NCBI GenBank assembly: GCA_964433845.1
Contig: CAYSTA010000003.1
Location: 600-64,599, forward strand
Length of the DNA: 64,000 nt
Source: an uncultured Flavobacteriaceae bacterium
GTDB lineage: Bacteria; Bacteroidota; Bacteroidia; Flavobacteriales; Flavobacteriaceae
Direction of reading: 5' to 3'
Shown here: positions 60,389-64,000 of the stretch, piece after piece
Layout of the letters: the number at the start of each line of letters is the position of its first letter
Numbering within the stretch: position 1 is the stretch's first letter
The notes under the pieces: model-generated
Database searches by the model: none
Seen by the model: the letters and a program-made list of their open reading frames with translations, nothing else
What the model was told of the DNA's origin: nothing
Made by a program: the position numbers and the translations under genes

Positions 60389-61777
60389 ATGACGTTAATT
60401 AAATCAATTTCAGGAATAAGAGGAACTATTGGCGGTAAAGTAGGTGAAAATTTAACTTCAATTGATGCTGTGAAATTTGGTTGTGCTTATGGATCATGGT
60501 TGAAGAACAATTCTAATGATTCAGATATTTCCGTTGTTATAGGAAGAGATGCTAGAATTTCGGGAGAAATGATTCAAAATTTAGTTCAAAATTCACTTGT
60601 CTCATTAGGCATTAATGTTATCGATTTAGGATTGTCTACAACACCAACAGTAGGACTAATGGTAAAAGAATATAACGCAAATGGAGGGATTGTGATAACT
60701 GCTAGCCATAATCCTGCTGAGTGGAATGCTTTAAAACTATTAGATAAAAACGGAGAGTTTTTAAATAAAACATCAGGAGAAAAAATTATAGAAATTTCTG
60801 AATCTGATTCATATGTTTTTTCAGAAATTTTAGATTTAGGTAACATATCAAAAATAGAAGATTCTATGAAAACACATATAGATTCCGTTCTTAGTCTAGA
60901 TATTGTAAATACTGAATTAATCAAAAAAACAGATCTTACAGTTGTAGTTGATGGAATAAACTCATCTGGTGGAATAATTGTCCCAATGCTTTTAAATGAA
61001 TTAGATATAGATTTTTCAACCATCTATTGTGATCCATCTGGAAATTTTCAACATAATCCAGAGCCACTTAAGAAAAATCTTAAAGATTTATGTAAAAGGG
61101 TAATAGAAGAGAAGGCAGATCTTGGAATAGCAGTAGATCCAGATGTAGACAGACTTGTTTTTATTTGTGAAAATGGTGAAGTTTTTGGTGAAGAAAATAC
61201 ATTAGTAGCATGCGCTGATTATGTTCTGAGTAAAAACCCTGGCCCAACTGTTTCAAATCTCTCTTCAACTAGAGCATTAAATGATATTGCGAAATCATAT
61301 AATCAATCATACTACCCCAGTGCGGTTGGTGAAGTAAATGTAGTTACTGAAATGAAATTAAAACAAGCAGTAATTGGAGGAGAAGGCAATGGTGGAGTTA
61401 TTTATCCAAAAAGTCATTATGGAAGAGATGCAATAGTTGGGATTGGATTGTTTCTTTCTCTATTGTGTGAAAGAAAAATTAAGGTAAGTGAGTTGCTTTC
61501 TAACTACCCCAAATATTATATGACTAAAGAGAAAATCACTATTTCAAGTGAAATCAACTTAGATACTTTATTGATAGAATTGTCTAAGAAATACGAGAAT
61601 GAAGATATTAATATGATTGATGGTTTAAAGATTGATTTTGAGGAAAGTTGGGTTCATTTAAGAAAATCCAATACTGAACCAATAATTAGAATTTATAGTG
61701 AAGCTAAAACACTAGAAAAAAGTATAGATTTAGTTAAAAACATTCAAGAAGAAATCGCCTCTTTAATTAATCTTTAG
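60389..61777 (+). CDS. glmM: phosphoglucosamine mutase (alpha-D-phosphohexomutase family)
   Basis: Start at ATG 60389 (MTLIKSISGIRG). Phosphoserine loop TASHNP, metal loop DPDVDR, and sugar loop GGEGNGG. Confidence 0.85.
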   Translation: MTLIKSISGIRGTIGGKVGENLTSIDAVKFGCAYGSWLKNNSNDSDISVVIGRDARISGEMIQNLVQNSLVSLGINVIDLGLSTTPTVGLMVKEYNANGGIVITASHNPAEWNALKLLDKNGEFLNKTSGEKIIEISESDSYVFSEILDLGNISKIEDSMKTHIDSVLSLDIVNTELIKKTDLTVVVDGINSSGGIIVPMLLNELDIDFSTIYCDPSGNFQHNPEPLKKNLKDLCKRVIEEKADLGIAVDPDVDRLVFICENGEVFGEENTLVACADYVLSKNPGPTVSNLSSTRALNDIAKSYNQSYYPSAVGEVNVVTEMKLKQAVIGGEGNGGVIYPKSHYGRDAIVGIGLFLSLLCERKIKVSELLSNYPKYYMTKEKITISSEINLDTLLIELSKKYENEDINMIDGLKIDFEESWVHLRKSNTEPIIRIYSEAKTLEKSIDLVKNIQEEIASLINL

Positions 61778-62669
61778 GTGCCTTATCCTTGTGTTTAAAT
61801 CTATTATGTGTCCAAAAATATAATTCAGGATAATCTTTAATTTGTTTTTCAACTTTTGAAAGATATATATCTGTAATTTCATAATCTTTATATTCATTAG
61901 GGTGTTCTGAAATCATTTCAACAAAAACCTTATAATAACCTCTTTTAACTTTTTTCATTTCACCAAATGCTACTGGTATATCGTGTGCTTTAGCAATTCT
62001 TTCAGATCCCGTAAAAACGGGAACTTTAATTCCAAGAAATTCTTTCCAATATGTTATTGATCTTATTTGTGCAGATTGATCGGCAGCCATTCCATAAAGA
62101 AAAAGTTTGTTCTCTTTAATTTGATTCTTAATATATGTACCTGTTTCATATCTAGAAATCAGTTTAGCTCCATGTTTTAATCTTATTTTTTTAACTAGAT
62201 CATCTAAATACTTGTTTGATAGGGGAGTATAGATTGCGAAAGGAGTATGAGGAGTATGATAACCAATGGACATGAAATATTCAAATCCCCCATGGTGAGC
62301 AACCATAAAAACAACACTTTTATTTTTTTTGGCAAGTTCATCTAAAACTTCTCTATTTTCTACTACAAACCTTTTTTGAATTTCCTTAGGAGATATCGTA
62401 AAAAACTTAAACATTTCGAAAAACACATCTGTTATATGTCTATAAAACTTTTTTTCTATTTCTATGAGCTCTTTTTTTGAGTTTGAAATTTTTGAAATCT
62501 CTAAATTAAATCTTACTATTTTTCTTCTATATCTAAAGACATAGTATAAAAAGTAATAGGTAATATCAGAACAGAAATATAATATTCTAAAAGGAAGATA
62601 AGATATAGCTAAAATTGCGGGATATACTATTAGATATGTAACTAATTTCATTAGTGTAAATATATTCAA
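61767..62669 (-). CDS. lipid A biosynthesis (LpxL/HtrB-type) lysophospholipid acyltransferase-family protein
   Basis: 300 aa. N-terminal TM helix and an acyltransferase HX4(D/E) motif (AHHGGFE). TTG start. Confidence 0.7.
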   Translation of the reverse strand: MNIFTLMKLVTYLIVYPAILAISYLPFRILYFCSDITYYFLYYVFRYRRKIVRFNLEISKISNSKKELIEIEKKFYRHITDVFFEMFKFFTISPKEIQKRFVVENREVLDELAKKNKSVVFMVAHHGGFEYFMSIGYHTPHTPFAIYTPLSNKYLDDLVKKIRLKHGAKLISRYETGTYIKNQIKENKLFLYGMAADQSAQIRSITYWKEFLGIKVPVFTGSERIAKAHDIPVAFGEMKKVKRGYYKVFVEMISEHPNEYKDYEITDIYLSKVEKQIKDYPELYFWTHNRFKHKDKAPKD

Positions 62670-62841
62670 TTATATCTGGTATTTCTTATATTATCAAGTT
62701 ATATTTAAAGAAAAAAACATTTATACCTTCTTAATAATTTTAGCGACAGTATTTATTTCTTTAAAAGGTTTTAAAGACCTGGCTTTTTTTAACAAATACA
62801 AATTTGAGGTAAGATCAATCTTAAATGGAGAGAAAATTAGA

Positions 62842-63354
62842 ATGTTTTCTTCTGGTTTTTTACACGTAGATTATAACCATCTTGCATTAAACCTCTTTAC
62901 ATTATATATTTTTTCTGATCAAGTAATTGGTAGGGTAGGTGCAATTAACTATTTGATTATATATATAACAAGTCTTTATATCGGGAATTATTTTGCATTA
63001 AAATTTCATAAAAAAGAACCTTTTTACTCAGCAGTAGGTGCAAGTGGTGCAGTAACAGGAATAGTTTACTCATCAATAATACTTTATCCTGAAATGAAGC
63101 TTATAATGATTTTTCTTCCCATCCCATTACCTGGGTATGTTTTTGGTGTTGCATATTTACTGTATAGTATTTATGGAATGAATAAAAATTTAGGTAATAT
63201 TGGTCACACTGCTCATTTTGGAGGTGCAATAGCAGGATTATGTATGACTATTTTATTTAAACCTGAAATAGTAGATGAAAACTTTTGGATAATAATCTTA
63301 ATGATTTCTCCTATAATTCTATATATGTTCAATTTGAAAAGAAAGATCTTTTAA
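62842..63354 (+). CDS. rhomboid-family intramembrane serine protease (coordinates from the first ATG; the true start is probably upstream, see findings)
   Basis: TM2 motif FLHVDYNHLALN, catalytic Ser motif GASGAVTG, and catalytic His motif HFGGAIAG. The in-frame region 62701-62841 encodes a TM1-like helix and a GE..R loop. Confidence 0.85.
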   Translation: MFSSGFLHVDYNHLALNLFTLYIFSDQVIGRVGAINYLIIYITSLYIGNYFALKFHKKEPFYSAVGASGAVTGIVYSSIILYPEMKLIMIFLPIPLPGYVFGVAYLLYSIYGMNKNLGNIGHTAHFGGAIAGLCMTILFKPEIVDENFWIIILMISPIILYMFNLKRKIF

Positions 63355-63357
63355 TAT

Positions 63358-64000
63358 TTATTTTGCTAATAGGATAGAAATTCTTTTATCCAATTCTGGG
63401 CCTTTTACATCAATACCAATAATTTTTTTTTCAGAATTTAAAAGAAATGAAGTAGGCATTTTTTTTACATTATAAAGTTTTGCAATAGGCTCATTCCAAA
63501 ACTTAACATGAGATATATGAATCCATTCTGTTAATTTATCTTGATTTATAGCATTTTCCCATGATTCTTTATCTCTGTCAAGAGAAACGCCTATTATTTG
63601 AAAATCATCAGTACTATATTTAGTATTTAAATAGACTAAAAAAGGATTTTCTTGTCTGCATGGGGCACACCAAGATGCCCAAAAATCTATCATAATTACT
63701 TTAGAGTTAATATTATCAAACTCTATAATATTTCCTTTTAAATCAGGTCCACTAAAGCTTGGAGCCAAAGAACCAATTTCAGGAGATTCTTCCTTCTGTT
63801 CATTTAAGTACTTGATAGCTTCTTTAATTTGTAACGAAGAAGTAGTTTGTTTAATTAAATCTGTAAATTTTTTAAAAATCTCTTCAGCTTTTTCAAGTTC
63901 AATTTCTTGTTGTATAATCATTCTTTGAAGAATCAATGAAGAAATATAAGAATCATTATTATGAGTCATAAATGAAAGTTCATAATCTGTAAGTTTAGAT
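63358..64000 (-). CDS. TlpA-family thiol-disulfide oxidoreductase (thioredoxin fold); the N-terminus may lie beyond the window
   Basis: Canonical redox motif FWASWCAPC. The frame stays open from the ATG at 63969 to the window edge, so the start cannot be fixed. Confidence 0.8.
   Translation of the reverse strand, partial: SKLTDYELSFMTHNNDSYISSLILQRMIIQQEIELEKAEEIFKKFTDLIKQTTSSLQIKEAIKYLNEQKEESPEIGSLAPSFSGPDLKGNIIEFDNINSKVIMIDFWASWCAPCRQENPFLVYLNTKYSTDDFQIIGVSLDRDKESWENAINQDKLTEWIHISHVKFWNEPIAKLYNVKKMPTSFLLNSEKKIIGIDVKGPELDKRISILLAK

Noticed and set aside
60586-61023. A 145-aa minus-strand ORF lies inside glmM. It is the longest antisense ORF in the track.
   Set aside because: It is fully nested antisense to a well-conserved phosphohexomutase region (including TASHNP). 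The translation has no recognisable domain or membrane/signal features. It fits the usual shadow-ORF pattern.
1-64000. I looked for a hidden accessory or defence island: CRISPR repeats, integrase or transposase genes, tRNA-flanked insertions, R-M, TA or abortive-infection gene sets, and abrupt composition shifts.
   Set aside because: No spaced direct repeats and no recombinase-like ORFs are present, and composition looks uniform by eye apart from the SRP RNA. Essentially every ORF longer than 140 aa is either a recognisable housekeeping family or one of the few hypotheticals described above. Nothing supports a mobile or defence system.

Overview
This is a visibly AT-rich (roughly 30% G+C by eye, not computed), very gene-dense stretch of a Bacteroidota chromosome, most likely a streamlined marine Flavobacteriia genome. 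Support for that placement: recurrent TAnnTTTG -7 promoter boxes, a fused E1 alpha/beta 2-oxoacid dehydrogenase, the ftsK-lolA-lptF/G gene order, and DUF2141 and DUF2007 genes.

I can support 51 protein-coding genes (two cut by the window edges), one ncRNA (small SRP/4.5S RNA), two clear intrinsic terminator hairpins and a set of candidate -7 promoter boxes. The content is almost entirely core housekeeping:
- DNA replication and repair: dnaN, holA, recG, a UvrD/PcrA-family helicase, uvrA, ftsK.
- Translation and RNA: pheT, tilS, miaA, smpB, a DEAD-box helicase, an ABC-F ATPase.
- Branched-chain amino acid synthesis: the ilvD-ilvB-ilvN-ilvC operon.
- One-carbon, purine and cofactor metabolism: glyA, purC, ribB, pabB.
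- Envelope: LptF/G, a LolA-like protein, an OmpA-family protein, an LpxL-type acyltransferase, glmM, a GT2 glycosyltransferase, dsbD, TlpA-like proteins.
- Central metabolism: lpdA, the fused E1 dehydrogenase, fsa, an aldehyde dehydrogenase.

I see no tRNA or rRNA genes, no IS elements, integrases or prophage genes, no CRISPR array, and no recognisable restriction-modification, toxin-antitoxin or defence cluster. I did not find a convincing novel multi-gene system, and the window reads as an ordinary core region.

The points worth a second look are small in scale:
- An orphan terminator just upstream of ilvD, which may be an attenuator.
- Four proteins whose catalytic motifs are visibly degenerate: the RibB C-terminal GCH II-like domain, one ATP site of the ABC-F protein, an M1-like KEXXH protein, and a Cys-less thioredoxin-fold lipoprotein.
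- A rhomboid gene whose first TM helix is encoded upstream of any canonical start codon.
- Extreme compaction, with 8 of 12 convergent gene pairs overlapping at their 3' ends.

Coordinates of non-ORF features were counted by hand and may be off by 1-2 nt.
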